A stretch of 64,000 nucleotides of DNA, taken from contig DATLZY010000005.1 of the NCBI GenBank assembly GCA_035573755.1, forward strand, positions 33,190-97,189, written 5' to 3'. Origin of the DNA: Candidatus Acidiferrales bacterium (GTDB lineage Bacteria; Pseudomonadota; Gammaproteobacteria; UBA5335). Below the pieces are notes generated by a model. It saw only the letters and a list, made by a program, of their open reading frames with translations, did not search any database and had not been told where the DNA came from. The translations under genes and the position numbers were made by a program. This document shows positions 33,322 to 42,912 of this stretch, in pieces (position 1 is the first letter of the stretch; each line of letters opens with the position of its first letter).

Positions 33322-34257
33322 ATGAACGCATTGATCAGCGGCTCCCTCGCCTTCGACACCATCATGGTGTTCCCGGAACGCTTCCGGGACCACATCCTGC
33401 CCGAGAAAGTGCACATGCTGAACGTGTCCTTCCTGGTGCCGGAACTGCGCCGGGAGTTCGGCGGCTGCGCCGGCAACATCGCCTACAACCTGCGTTTGCT
33501 GGGTGGGCAGGGCCGGCCCCTGGGCACGGTGGGCGAGGATTTCGGGCCTTATCGCGACTGGCTGGCGCGCTGCGGCATCGACCAGCGAGACATCCTGGAG
33601 ATTGCGGGCAGCTATACCGCGCAGGCCTACATCACCACGGATCTCGACGACAACCAGATCACAGCCTTCCATCCCGGCGCCATGAATCACGCGCATGAAA
33701 ATCCGGTACGCCCGGCGAGCGACATCGGCATGGGCGTGGTGGCGCCGAACGGCCGCGAGGGCATGCTGTCCCATGCACGGCAGTTCATGGAGGCTGGCAT
33801 TCCCTTCCTCTTCGATCCCGGCCAGGGGCTGCCGATGTTCAACGGTGGCGATCTGATGGCCTTCATCGATCAGGCGACCTGGGTCGCGGTCAATGAGTAC
33901 GAGGCGGCGCTGCTCGAGGAGCGCACCGGGCACACGCTCGAGCGGCTTGCCGGGCGGGTGGAGGCGCTGATCGTCACCCGCGGCGCGCAAGGCTCATCGA
34001 TTTACACGCGTGGCCAGGAGATCGTCATTCCGGCTGCCAAACCCGAGGCCGTGCGTGACCCGACGGGCTGCGGCGATGCCTATCGTGCCGGCCTCATCTT
34101 CGGCCTGCAGCGGGGGCTGGACTGGGCGCTTACGGGCCGGGTGGCTTCATTGATGGGCGCGATCAAGGTCGCCCATCCGGGCACGCAGAATCATCGCTTT
34201 GATTGGGCCGAATTCGAGACGCGTTTCCGTGATGCGTTCGGCATCACGCTCGCCTGA
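33322..34257 (+). CDS. PfkB-family carbohydrate/nucleoside kinase
   Basis: GGCAGNIAYNL and the C-terminal DPTGCGDAYRAG motif of the ribokinase/PfkB family. Confidence 0.8.
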   Translation: MNALISGSLAFDTIMVFPERFRDHILPEKVHMLNVSFLVPELRREFGGCAGNIAYNLRLLGGQGRPLGTVGEDFGPYRDWLARCGIDQRDILEIAGSYTAQAYITTDLDDNQITAFHPGAMNHAHENPVRPASDIGMGVVAPNGREGMLSHARQFMEAGIPFLFDPGQGLPMFNGGDLMAFIDQATWVAVNEYEAALLEERTGHTLERLAGRVEALIVTRGAQGSSIYTRGQEIVIPAAKPEAVRDPTGCGDAYRAGLIFGLQRGLDWALTGRVASLMGAIKVAHPGTQNHRFDWAEFETRFRDAFGITLA

Positions 34258-34285
34258 TGTGTCGGCAAGGAGAGGCATATTCCCT

Positions 34286-35221
34286 ATGCTGGGGTGGCTC
34301 GCGCTGTTTGCGGCCGGCTATGGCCTCGTTTACCTGCTGTCCACTGAATATCGCCCGGCGCGCTACGGCGCGCTGCTGTGCACGGATCCTGCGGCGCTGC
34401 CAGGGGGGCGCTGGAACAGCGCCTATGACGGTGTCTGGCTCGGCGCGCAGGGGTGTCTCTATGATCCGGCTCAGCATGGGCTCGACGATGTTCCGCCGGT
34501 CACGGATCCGCGCACCTACGTTCCCGGCACGCCTATCTTGATCTATGTCAACGGTGCCAATCACCGCGTGGACTGGACTTTGCCCGAGTTGCACCTGTTG
34601 GCGCAGCAGACCGGTGGTCCGGTAGTGGCCGTTTACAATGCAACCGAAGGTGGCCGGGTGTTCGATGCCCTCCACGATGCCCGTCAAGGCGCGGCGAGTC
34701 CACCCGTCAAGACGCTGGCGGACGCCATCACGGCGCGCGTGAGCGCCGGTCAGGAAATTCATCTCAAGGCCAACAGCCAGGGCGCCATCCATCTGAGCCA
34801 TGCGCTGACCGAAGTTCGTGAGCGGTTGGCGCGCCAGATGGCGGGGAATGAACTGGCCCGGGCGCTGTATCGCATCCGCGTGGAGACGGCCGGCGGCGCG
34901 GCCAGCCGCTGGATCGATGGACCGCGCTACGTGCATTACGTAAACCGGCGCGACCCTGTACCCACTCGCGCCGGCGTCTTGTCCAAGGATGCCCGACCCG
35001 GGAAGGGCGCCGTACTCGCAGCATTCAGCGATTACGATGCGGATCCGCTGGAGCCGAAATACCGCTTCGTCGGACCCTTGTCGCGCCGTTTCATCGCTGT
35101 GCACGGTTTTGGCGTCTATCATCGGCATCGTCAGCCCTTCGATGCGCTGTATGCGCACAGCCGGAGCGGGGGAATTCATACGGTCTCGCTCGATGGATGG
35201 CCAGCCGCTTCCGGGATCTGA
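34286..35221 (+). CDS. membrane-anchored hypothetical protein, possible serine hydrolase
   Basis: N-terminal TM (MLGWLALFAAGYGLVYLL). Has an AxSxG-type nucleophile-elbow-like motif (HLKANSQGAIH) after a beta-strand-like ILIYVNGANH. AAGGAGAGG RBS. No family is recognised with confidence. Confidence 0.5.
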   Translation: MLGWLALFAAGYGLVYLLSTEYRPARYGALLCTDPAALPGGRWNSAYDGVWLGAQGCLYDPAQHGLDDVPPVTDPRTYVPGTPILIYVNGANHRVDWTLPELHLLAQQTGGPVVAVYNATEGGRVFDALHDARQGAASPPVKTLADAITARVSAGQEIHLKANSQGAIHLSHALTEVRERLARQMAGNELARALYRIRVETAGGAASRWIDGPRYVHYVNRRDPVPTRAGVLSKDARPGKGAVLAAFSDYDADPLEPKYRFVGPLSRRFIAVHGFGVYHRHRQPFDALYAHSRSGGIHTVSLDGWPAASGI

Positions 35222-35233
35222 GACGCCTCGGGG

Positions 35234-37318
35234 TTATCGTGTCTTGCCATCCGGTGAGGACTTGGGCGCGTCCAGACGCATCAGGAGCGGCTCGAGCTCG
35301 AGATACGGTGCTTCGCAGTGCGTACCGATACACAGATAAGCACAGATCTGTCCAAGTGCAGGCTTGCTTGCCAGTGCGTCGGGCCAGCCTTGGCCGTCGG
35401 ATATCGGAAAAATCATCACCTCTGGCGAACAGGCCGCGTGAAGCTGGCGATGCCAGTCCGAAATTGCTTCGGGTGCTCCACGCAGCACAACTAGCGCCGG
35501 CGGGTGTAAAAACTCCTGCAGGGCCAGCGCCAAGCTGGCATGCGCCTGCGGCATCCGGCGCAGGCCTTCGGCACCTGCGCGCAGCGTCGCTTCGGCCGCA
35601 GCGAGATAGCGGGGCTCACCAAGCACCCAGCCCAAGCGGTTGAGCATACGCGCGGCCACGGCGTTACCGGCCGGCGTCGCTTCATCGGCGAAGAGTTTGA
35701 GGCGGTGCATGAGCGGCTCGTGGTCGTGAGCGGTGAAGAAAAACCCGCCGTCGGCGCCGTCCGCGAAATGCTCAAGCAAACCCTGCGCCAGCTCGATTGC
35801 CCAATGCAGGGCCGCCGGTTGGGCGCAGGTTTCGCTCACTATGAGCGCCGCCTCGAGGGCGAACGCATAATCATCGAGATAGGCAGGCAGATGGGCGCGT
35901 TCGCTAGTTCGCACGGCCCATAATCGCTCGTCACGCCAGGCGCCAGCGCGCAAGGCCATCAGGTTGTCGGCAGCGACTTTTCCCGTCTCAGGTTGGCACA
36001 GGCAGCGAGCGGCGCGAGCCAGCCCCGTGATCATGAGGGCATTCCAGGCGGTGAGGATCTTCTGATCGCGAGATACCGGCGGTCGTCCGCGGCGCAGGGC
36101 CAACAGGCGCTGGCGGGCTGCCTCCAGCCGAGCCTCGAGTATCGGCTGCGGCACGCCCAGCTCGCGCGCCAGCTCCGCCAGCGGCTTGGATCGTTGCAGA
36201 TGCCACGCTTTGTCCTCGAAATTGGGCGCATCCATGAGACCCCAGGCTTTCGCGCACCAGGCCCACCAGTCTGCCGGCAAGGCCGCTTGCACTTCCTCGC
36301 GGTTCCAGAGGTAATGGGCGCCTTCCTCGCCAGCACTGTCGGCATCCAGGCTGGTATAAAAGCCGCCGCTCGCGTCCCGCATCTCGTTCAAGGCCCAGCG
36401 CGCTGCACCGAGCGCCCGCTCGCGATAGAGGCCGTCGCCGAAGACGGCCGCGGCATCACTGTAAAGCGCCAGCAACTGAGCGTTGTCGTAGAGCATCTTC
36501 TCGAAATGGGGGATCCGCCAAGCCGGGTCGATCGTGTAGCGGAAAAAGCCCTCGCCGATGTGATCCCATAATCCGCGCAGTGCCATGGCATCGAGGCTTT
36601 TGCGCAGGAAGGCGTAGGGGGCATTCGTGGCTGCAGGGTCGGTCTGAGCCGGCAGGCGGCGCAACATCAAAGTCAACGCCGGGACATGCGGAAACTTGGC
36701 CCCGTGGCCGAAACCGCCGTTTTCGGTATCCTGCCACGCAGTCATGGCCGTGTCCCATGTCGTCAGCAAGTCTTCATTCAGCGTCGTCGCGGCAGGGGAC
36801 GGATTCATTGAGTCGAGAATGGCCTTCAATTCCAGGTTTTGCGCCCGGATGTCCGCGCGTCGCTCGTGATAGAAGCGCGACAGGAGCGACAGCAATTCGC
36901 GGAAGGCCGGCAGGCCGTGCCGCGGTTCGGGTGGGAAGTAGGTCCCCGCGAAAAACGGTGCGTGATCGTCGGGGGTGAGAAATACCGTCAGCGGCCAGCC
37001 GCCGCCACGCTGCGTCAGGATCTGATGGGACAGTTGATAGAGCCGGTCGAGATCGGGGCGTTCCTCCCGGTCCACCTTGATGTTAATGAATAAGTCATTC
37101 ATCAATGAGGCTGTTTCCAAGTCCTCGAAGGACTCACGCTCCATCACATGACACCAGTGGCAGGCCGAGTAGCCGATGGAGAGCAGGATGGGACGATCTT
37201 CGCGGGCTGCGCGTTCAAGCGCCTCTGGCCCCCACGGATACCAGTCGACGGGATTGTGCGCGTGCTGTCGCAGATAAGGGCTGCTTTCGTGAATTAGGCG
37301 GTTGGCATGGGAGATCAT
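35234..37318 (-). CDS. thioredoxin-domain (DUF255) protein, YyaL family, with an alpha/alpha-toroid C-terminal domain
   Basis: N-terminal [15 protein letters not shown]...[18 protein letters not shown] is diagnostic of DUF255/YyaL. 694 aa. Confidence 0.85.
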   Translation of the reverse strand: MISHANRLIHESSPYLRQHAHNPVDWYPWGPEALERAAREDRPILLSIGYSACHWCHVMERESFEDLETASLMNDLFINIKVDREERPDLDRLYQLSHQILTQRGGGWPLTVFLTPDDHAPFFAGTYFPPEPRHGLPAFRELLSLLSRFYHERRADIRAQNLELKAILDSMNPSPAATTLNEDLLTTWDTAMTAWQDTENGGFGHGAKFPHVPALTLMLRRLPAQTDPAATNAPYAFLRKSLDAMALRGLWDHIGEGFFRYTIDPAWRIPHFEKMLYDNAQLLALYSDAAAVFGDGLYRERALGAARWALNEMRDASGGFYTSLDADSAGEEGAHYLWNREEVQAALPADWWAWCAKAWGLMDAPNFEDKAWHLQRSKPLAELARELGVPQPILEARLEAARQRLLALRRGRPPVSRDQKILTAWNALMITGLARAARCLCQPETGKVAADNLMALRAGAWRDERLWAVRTSERAHLPAYLDDYAFALEAALIVSETCAQPAALHWAIELAQGLLEHFADGADGGFFFTAHDHEPLMHRLKLFADEATPAGNAVAARMLNRLGWVLGEPRYLAAAEATLRAGAEGLRRMPQAHASLALALQEFLHPPALVVLRGAPEAISDWHRQLHAACSPEVMIFPISDGQGWPDALASKPALGQICAYLCIGTHCEAPYLELEPLLMRLDAPKSSPDGKTR

Positions 37319-37368
37319 GGCCTCGCGTCCATATGGCTAAAGAGCCAGCGTCCCGCGAAGGGTTCGGG

Positions 37369-38076
37369 TCAAGCCGCTGCGCGCCGCTGGATCAACACCG
37401 TGAGCAGGGTCAGACCTGAGCCGAGGATCAAAGGGCCCCAGACCTCCGGTGCACGCCATGAGACTGGCATGTGTCCGCTCAGCATGTCGACTGCCGCCAC
37501 ACCGATCCAAGCCCACATTAGCACATGCGGAATCGCGCCGATGAAGGTTCCGACCAAATAGTCGCGTAGCCGGATGTTCATGACGGCCAGTGCCCAGTTG
37601 GTGGGGGGCAGGGCGAAGAAAGTGAGTCTTGCGAGGGCGACGGTGCGCAATCCCCGCTGCTGGAAATGCCGCTCCAAGATGGGCAGGAATCGCTTCAGAT
37701 GGGGTTCGACCAGGGAGCGCCCCAGGCTTCGACTCAAGGCATAGATAATGACCGAAGCGCTCAACAGGCACGCCATACCCATCAGAGCTGCCCCCAGTCG
37801 ACCATACAGCAAGGCGGCGCAGGCAATGACGACGATGGTGGGAATGTTGGCGACGATGACAGCTGTGCCCGCCACGTAGAACACCAGGGGGCCGAATGGC
37901 GCGACCGCGGCGTGATAAGTGCGAATCGACGTCAAGGTGGCCTGAACATCGCCGGCTTTGAAGCTGGGGCTGAATTGCGCAGCGAAACCGATTACACCGG
38001 CGGCGCAGGCGAGAAGCAGGACACGTCGCCATCGGCGACGGCGTTCGGAGCTGTTTTTCCCATCCGAATCTGCCAT
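37369..38076 (-). CDS. TVP38/TMEM64 (DedA-related) family membrane protein
   Basis: 235 aa, multi-TM, with PFGPLVFYVAGTAVIV...LLYG...ARLTFFALPPTNWALAVMNI typical of the family. Starts 9 nt after the sulfotransferase stop. Confidence 0.75.
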   Translation of the reverse strand: MADSDGKNSSERRRRWRRVLLLACAAGVIGFAAQFSPSFKAGDVQATLTSIRTYHAAVAPFGPLVFYVAGTAVIVANIPTIVVIACAALLYGRLGAALMGMACLLSASVIIYALSRSLGRSLVEPHLKRFLPILERHFQQRGLRTVALARLTFFALPPTNWALAVMNIRLRDYLVGTFIGAIPHVLMWAWIGVAAVDMLSGHMPVSWRAPEVWGPLILGSGLTLLTVLIQRRAAA

Positions 38077-38085
38077 TGTCGATTG

Positions 38086-39108
38086 CTAAGGCCGCGGCTG
38101 ACGGGACAGCTGAGGAATCCGGCGCTTGAGTCGCTTCATGAAGCGAGGCTCATAGTCCTGCAAGGGGCTCTTCAAGTGGCCCTTGCGCGGCTGGGGTTTG
38201 ACGGTGTCCGGATCGCTCACAAAAGGCAGATCCAGAAAAGCAGCCAGTTCACGCAGATGCGTTGCGGGGCGCTCGTTGAAGGACTGGTAATCCAGCGCAT
38301 AGACGCTCTGGGGCGGAAGTTCTTCCAGGTCGCGGTAGTAAGCTGCCAGTTGGTGTTCGACCGCCATGGCCGCGAATGGCCGGATGACGGCCTCGAAGGG
38401 TCGGTTGCCCATCACGATCTTGATGCCGCGCAGGAGTTTCCAGCCGGCATAGACGGCGCTCAGGCTGCGCTTGCCGAATAGGGTCTTGAAGTTGTCGATC
38501 AGAAGCGTCTGGAAGGGCTGGCTGCCGGAAAGCAGCGAAACCACGGCGTTGATTTGGCTGTTGAGGATGTAGAGCGGATCACGTGTGATGTAGATGAATC
38601 GCGCGTTCGGGAACCATTTGAGGATGTTGCGGGCGTTACCGGTATCCCAGGGATTTTTCAACAGCACGGCTTGTGCCCCGGGGGTAACGACCTGCAGTTT
38701 TCGGCACACCTCATGCAAAAACGCCTGGTTGTGTGAGGTGACTTTCATGCTGAAGCTGTGGTTGCGCAACATCCAACCATATTCCTCGACCATGCGATCG
38801 TCCACATACACGGCATCGAGCTTACGATCCGTAATGCCGAGGCGACGGAAAAGCATATTTAGTCGCTGCCGATCACGACTCTCACCGCCTTGTACATGGT
38901 TCTTGAGCAGCCGGTCATAATAGAAAAGGTGGTACAGACTGAGGTTGGCCAAGGGAAAGCAGCGCGCCAACGAGTCGTAGAGAAAAGTCGTTCCGGAGCG
39001 GTGCAGGCCCATGATGAAGACTGGCCTGGCAACGGTTTTCTCGATCAAGGGAAGAAATGGGACGTCTTCTCCGGACAGGGGGAACCCCGGATCGATCGGC
39101 AACTTCAT
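38086..39108 (-). CDS. sulfotransferase-family protein
   Basis: PAPS 5'-phosphosulfate-binding loop GLHRSGTTFLYDSL near the N-terminus and a later RDP motif (ITRDPLYILNS). 340 aa, no TM. Confidence 0.8.
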   Translation of the reverse strand: MKLPIDPGFPLSGEDVPFLPLIEKTVARPVFIMGLHRSGTTFLYDSLARCFPLANLSLYHLFYYDRLLKNHVQGGESRDRQRLNMLFRRLGITDRKLDAVYVDDRMVEEYGWMLRNHSFSMKVTSHNQAFLHEVCRKLQVVTPGAQAVLLKNPWDTGNARNILKWFPNARFIYITRDPLYILNSQINAVVSLLSGSQPFQTLLIDNFKTLFGKRSLSAVYAGWKLLRGIKIVMGNRPFEAVIRPFAAMAVEHQLAAYYRDLEELPPQSVYALDYQSFNERPATHLRELAAFLDLPFVSDPDTVKPQPRKGHLKSPLQDYEPRFMKRLKRRIPQLSRQPRP

Positions 39109-39207
39109 GGAAGTCTCGCGTGGTAAATTTTTTATTATTCTAAGTCCAATTGCGATCGAGCGGTATCGCGGCGGGACGGAGACCGTCCCGCCAGTGATTC
39201 GCGCGCC

Positions 39208-40476
39208 TCAGGCGGCGAGTACCCGCTGATCCGTTTGCGCCGACCCGCGGAGATGGTTCAAGATCAGTTGCGCCGCACGCTGATGACCGCCTGCCCGCAC
39301 CGACTCACCCACAAGCGCAGCCTGGCGCCGATACGAGGGTTCTTCCAGAATGTGTTCGCTCAGATTCCGCAGGCGCATCGGTGTGACTCGCCCAGGCCTC
39401 AAGCACCGTCCGGCCCCGAGTTGCTGGATCCGGCGCGCGTTGTAGGCCTGCTCGATTTGTTGCGGGACCATGAGCAGTGGTACGTCGAAATACAGACTTT
39501 CATTGATGCTGTTCATGCCGCCATGGCTAATGAACAGACTCGCATGCTGCAGTACCTTTAGTTGCGGCACCCAGGGGAATACCCGGATATTGGTGGGGAT
39601 GATGCCAAGATCAGCTAGGGCCGTCTGCTTGCCCACGGATATGACGACTTCATAGGGTGAGTCAGCGAATGCCGCGATGCATTGCCGGTAAAAGTCCAGC
39701 TTCTGATTGTGCACGCTACCCAGGGAAATGTAGATCAGAGGCCGCGAGGCTTCTGACGCGCGTTGAAAGACTTGGTCATCTCGGTATTCAGGGACCGATG
39801 CGCCGACAAAGTACACATGCTCTCCCATGGTGTCGGCATAGGGCTGGTAGCGCGCTGAGGTGACGCAGATGGTCATTTCCCCGGGGCGACGAAAAATGCG
39901 CAGCATGTCCTTGAGCAAGCTCTGGCGGGGGAGGCCGAGACTGTCCAGCATATCGCGGAAACGACGTCGGGCACTGATAGCGAGCTTGGCGCCGCGGATG
40001 CGGCTGTCGAGGCGGTAGTTGCGGGGGATCATGGACAACATGTCGACATTCATCCAATGGCGCGCATCCAGACTCATACGCGTCGTCCAAAGCACGTGTG
40101 TGACGACCTTGACCGATGGAATGCCCAGCCGGTCGGCCAAGAGGGGACCCCATGGAGCACAGCTATCGTAAATAATATAGTCCGGTCGATCCTCTTGTAG
40201 TTCCCGCAGTAATCCAAGCAGGCACTGTTCGGTCATTTCAAAGAGCTCAATGCCGACGGACACGAGGTCCGCTGCAATATCTGGCTGATGATCATAGGCT
40301 GACCACTTTCGGTAGTCTCGGGCTTCTGCGCCGAGCGCGTTGAATTTCGGGGCAACCTCAGGGTCTGCATAAAAAACGACCTGCTCGCCGTGGCGAATGA
40401 GCTCCGACACGATGCCGAATGCCGGGTTGATGTGGCCCGTGGCTCCAGGCAGATTGAAAAAAACGCCTTTTCCCAT
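39208..40476 (-). CDS. GT1-family glycosyltransferase (MGT / UDP-glycosyltransferase type)
   Basis: N-terminal NLPGATGHINPAFGI and C-terminal HGGMNSINESLYFDVPLLMVPQQIEQAYNA, a UDP-sugar binding signature of MGT/UGT enzymes. Confidence 0.85.
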   Translation of the reverse strand: MGKGVFFNLPGATGHINPAFGIVSELIRHGEQVVFYADPEVAPKFNALGAEARDYRKWSAYDHQPDIAADLVSVGIELFEMTEQCLLGLLRELQEDRPDYIIYDSCAPWGPLLADRLGIPSVKVVTHVLWTTRMSLDARHWMNVDMLSMIPRNYRLDSRIRGAKLAISARRRFRDMLDSLGLPRQSLLKDMLRIFRRPGEMTICVTSARYQPYADTMGEHVYFVGASVPEYRDDQVFQRASEASRPLIYISLGSVHNQKLDFYRQCIAAFADSPYEVVISVGKQTALADLGIIPTNIRVFPWVPQLKVLQHASLFISHGGMNSINESLYFDVPLLMVPQQIEQAYNARRIQQLGAGRCLRPGRVTPMRLRNLSEHILEEPSYRRQAALVGESVRAGGHQRAAQLILNHLRGSAQTDQRVLAA

Positions 40477-40988
40477 CCGCGTTTGCTCCTATGTCAGTAG
40501 CGATGGCCGAACACTTCTTGCTCCGGGCTATCTAGCAAATTAAATGCCTTTTTCTGAGCCTCGTTCCGGCTTCCAGATTTGCAGTGACTCGAGAAGCAGC
40601 TTAATCACATTGAAAAAAGACATGAGCGACTCATGGATCAGGCGCAACCCTTGTATGCCGTGCCGCTTGTCCCGTAACAAATTCAGTGCAGCTGAACTTG
40701 GCTATGATCTAGGAATAATCTCAACTACTTATCCTGATGAACTGATATTTCATGCGTGTGAAGATCAGCGATCTTTTTCGCCGTCATGCATCGGGTCACA
40801 TTGGCGAGGCGGCACCACGTCGCCGGTCAGGTGTCGAAACGCAGTAAAATGCGTCCCGGCAGAGAAGAAGATGACCTATCTGGGCATGCTGCTGTTGACA
40901 GCCCTGCCAGGGTTCCCGTGACGGCCGTCGCCGTCAGGCTGCGAAGTTCGCCACGAGGCGACGGCTTGCGCCTTGTTCGCGCTGAAAT

Positions 40989-41951
40989 CTAGCGTGTCAA
41001 GCCTTCCCAGCGATCTCGTTGTGGCGAATGGTGTTCCTCCAGCAATGCGTGCAGCACGAATAGTTCCGAGACTACTTCTGGGGGGAACCCCTGGCGTCCG
41101 CCACGGGTATCCACGAGCAGGGAATCGATGTACTTCGCGCAATCGGCCCGCGGCCAGCTCTCCACAATCTTGTCTGCAATGCGTTGAAACTTACGTTCCA
41201 GTGCGCAGCGAGGATCTTCGTTGGGCGGCGGCAGGGGTGTCACGGGAACTGGTTGCGAGCCGGTGCGACCCAGTGACGGCTTTGGCGGCAGGGTCATTTC
41301 GCTCGGAGGTTCGGGCTGTATCGCTCGTGGAGGATTCAGTGTTCCTGGAGGTATTGCCAGCGAATGGGTGAGGGTCAGGCCGCTTACGACCTTGGGGGTG
41401 AGGCGGGCGCGCAGTTTTAGTAATTCCTCGGCTTCGTTCAGTGTAAAAGCCGGGCGCCCCGGGCGCGCACTGTCCAGCGCCAGTGTGGCCAGAAATTTTC
41501 GTTGCTGGTCCCGGTCACCCATTCCGTTGAGGAGTTCGAGCAGCTTCGGATGGCGGCGGTTGAGTCCGGATCCGTCGGGATACAGCTGTTTCCACTCATT
41601 GAACGTGGGAGCCGCGTTGCCGGAAGCAGCTGCGTAGCGCTGCGCGATGGCGTCGAATCGGTCGCGATTGCCGCTTGCATGGTGGATATCGAGCAACATG
41701 ATCCAGTCGTCGGTATGGTAGGGTTTCGGCGTCTCAAGGTGGTGCTCAAGGATAAAAGCGGCACGTTCACGGTTCCCATTTGCCAGGGCATAGAATGCCA
41801 GCCATCTTGCCTGCCCGTCCTCCGCTCGCGCCAGAAGTGGTTTGCGCTGACCTGAAGCAGGATTGATCCGCGCACGGGATGCCAGCAGCCAGCCCAGTAG
41901 TAAACCGGTCGCTAACGCCCCCAGGGGGATCAACCACGCGAAAAGTGTCAT
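40989..41951 (-). CDS. hypothetical membrane-anchored protein (TM, helical region, Pro-rich linker, small conserved-looking C-terminal domain)
   Basis: N-terminal TM MTLFAWLIPLGALATGLLLGWLLA and a Pro-rich tract (PPGTLNPPRAIQPEPPSEMTLPPKP...VTPLPPPNEDP). C-terminal block ERKFQRIADKIVESWPRADCAKYIDSLLVDTRGGRQGFPPEVVSELFVLHALLEEH. No family assigned. Confidence 0.55.
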   Translation of the reverse strand: MTLFAWLIPLGALATGLLLGWLLASRARINPASGQRKPLLARAEDGQARWLAFYALANGNRERAAFILEHHLETPKPYHTDDWIMLLDIHHASGNRDRFDAIAQRYAAASGNAAPTFNEWKQLYPDGSGLNRRHPKLLELLNGMGDRDQQRKFLATLALDSARPGRPAFTLNEAEELLKLRARLTPKVVSGLTLTHSLAIPPGTLNPPRAIQPEPPSEMTLPPKPSLGRTGSQPVPVTPLPPPNEDPRCALERKFQRIADKIVESWPRADCAKYIDSLLVDTRGGRQGFPPEVVSELFVLHALLEEHHSPQRDRWEGLTR

Positions 41952-42034
41952 GTCGGTGCCCTGTGATGCCGAAGGTCTCTTGCGTTCAGAGACTCTACCG
42001 GTCTTATCGGCGCTTGCCTGTCAAAGGTTGAATG

Positions 42035-42901
42035 TCATATAGCTGCGCCACTCAGCCCCAAGCGACTGCAAATCGTCAAGCTGGGTTCGGCCTGATTGAG
42101 TGTGTAGAAGTGGAGGCCCGGTATCGGCCGTGCCAGCAATTGTCGGCACAGGGTGCTGACGACCTCATCGCCGAAGGCGCGCAGGGCACGCTCATTGTTT
42201 TCCAGCGATTCCAAACGCCGCCGAATCCAGCGGGGCACTTCTGCACCGCAGGCGTTAGAGAAGCGTGTCAGTTGCGTATAGTTGGTGATGGGCATGATGC
42301 CAGGCGTGACGGGTATGTCGACACCCATAGCCCTGATTTCCGTGATGAACTGGTGGTAGGCATCGGAAGCATAAAAATATTGGGTGATTGCCCCATCGGC
42401 GCCGGCTGTGACCTTTTCCCGAAAATGGACCAGGTCGTCCTGAGCATGACGTGCCTGTGGGTGGATCTCTGGGTAGGCAGCCACTTCGATGTGGAAGTGA
42501 TTGCCGGTTTCGCTGCGGATGAAGTGCACCAGATCCCGCGCATAGCGAAATGGGCCGGAATCGCCCATGCCCGACGGTAGATCGCCCCGCAGGGCCACCA
42601 GGCGCCGGATCCCGGCGTCCTGATAGCGGCGCAGGATATCGCGGAGTGTGTCTTCCGTGGCACCGATGCAGGACAGGTGGGGCGCGACGTCCACGCCTGT
42701 TTCCCGCATCAGTGCCAGCACCGTCTCCAAGGTGCGTTCCCGCGTCGACCCGCCGGCGCCGAAGGTGACCGAAAAGTACACCGGTTCGAGTTCGGCGAGA
42801 CGGGTTGCGGTTTCCATGAGCTTGCTCATCCCGGCCGGCGTCTTGGGCGGGAAAAACTCGAAGCTCAGCGCAGGAGCCGGTTCTGTCGTATGCCCACCCA
42901 T
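42035..42901 (-). CDS. metF: methylenetetrahydrofolate reductase
   Basis: 288 aa, SFEFFPPKT...FSVTFGAGGSTRERT...HFYTLN motifs. Confidence 0.92.
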   Translation of the reverse strand: MGGHTTEPAPALSFEFFPPKTPAGMSKLMETATRLAELEPVYFSVTFGAGGSTRERTLETVLALMRETGVDVAPHLSCIGATEDTLRDILRRYQDAGIRRLVALRGDLPSGMGDSGPFRYARDLVHFIRSETGNHFHIEVAAYPEIHPQARHAQDDLVHFREKVTAGADGAITQYFYASDAYHQFITEIRAMGVDIPVTPGIMPITNYTQLTRFSNACGAEVPRWIRRRLESLENNERALRAFGDEVVSTLCRQLLARPIPGLHFYTLNQAEPSLTICSRLGLSGAAI

Positions 42902-42912
42902 CGCTTGGCCTC

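Noticed and set aside
28849-33479. 815-aa and 575-aa minus-strand ORFs
   Set aside because: They are antisense to gcvT, gcvH, gcvPA and gcvPB. No recognisable domains, so GC-shadow ORFs.
39170-39192. 10-bp hairpin ggcgggacgg-aga-ccgtcccgcc just downstream (minus strand) of the glycosyltransferase gene
   Set aside because: No U tract follows on the transcribed strand, so I do not call it an intrinsic terminator. It may still be an mRNA-stabilising stem.
40544-40921. 125-aa plus-strand ORF in the AT-rich gap
   Set aside because: The translation is implausible (Cys/Ser/Arg-rich, no RBS). It lies in the most AT-rich non-coding segment and is treated as non-coding.
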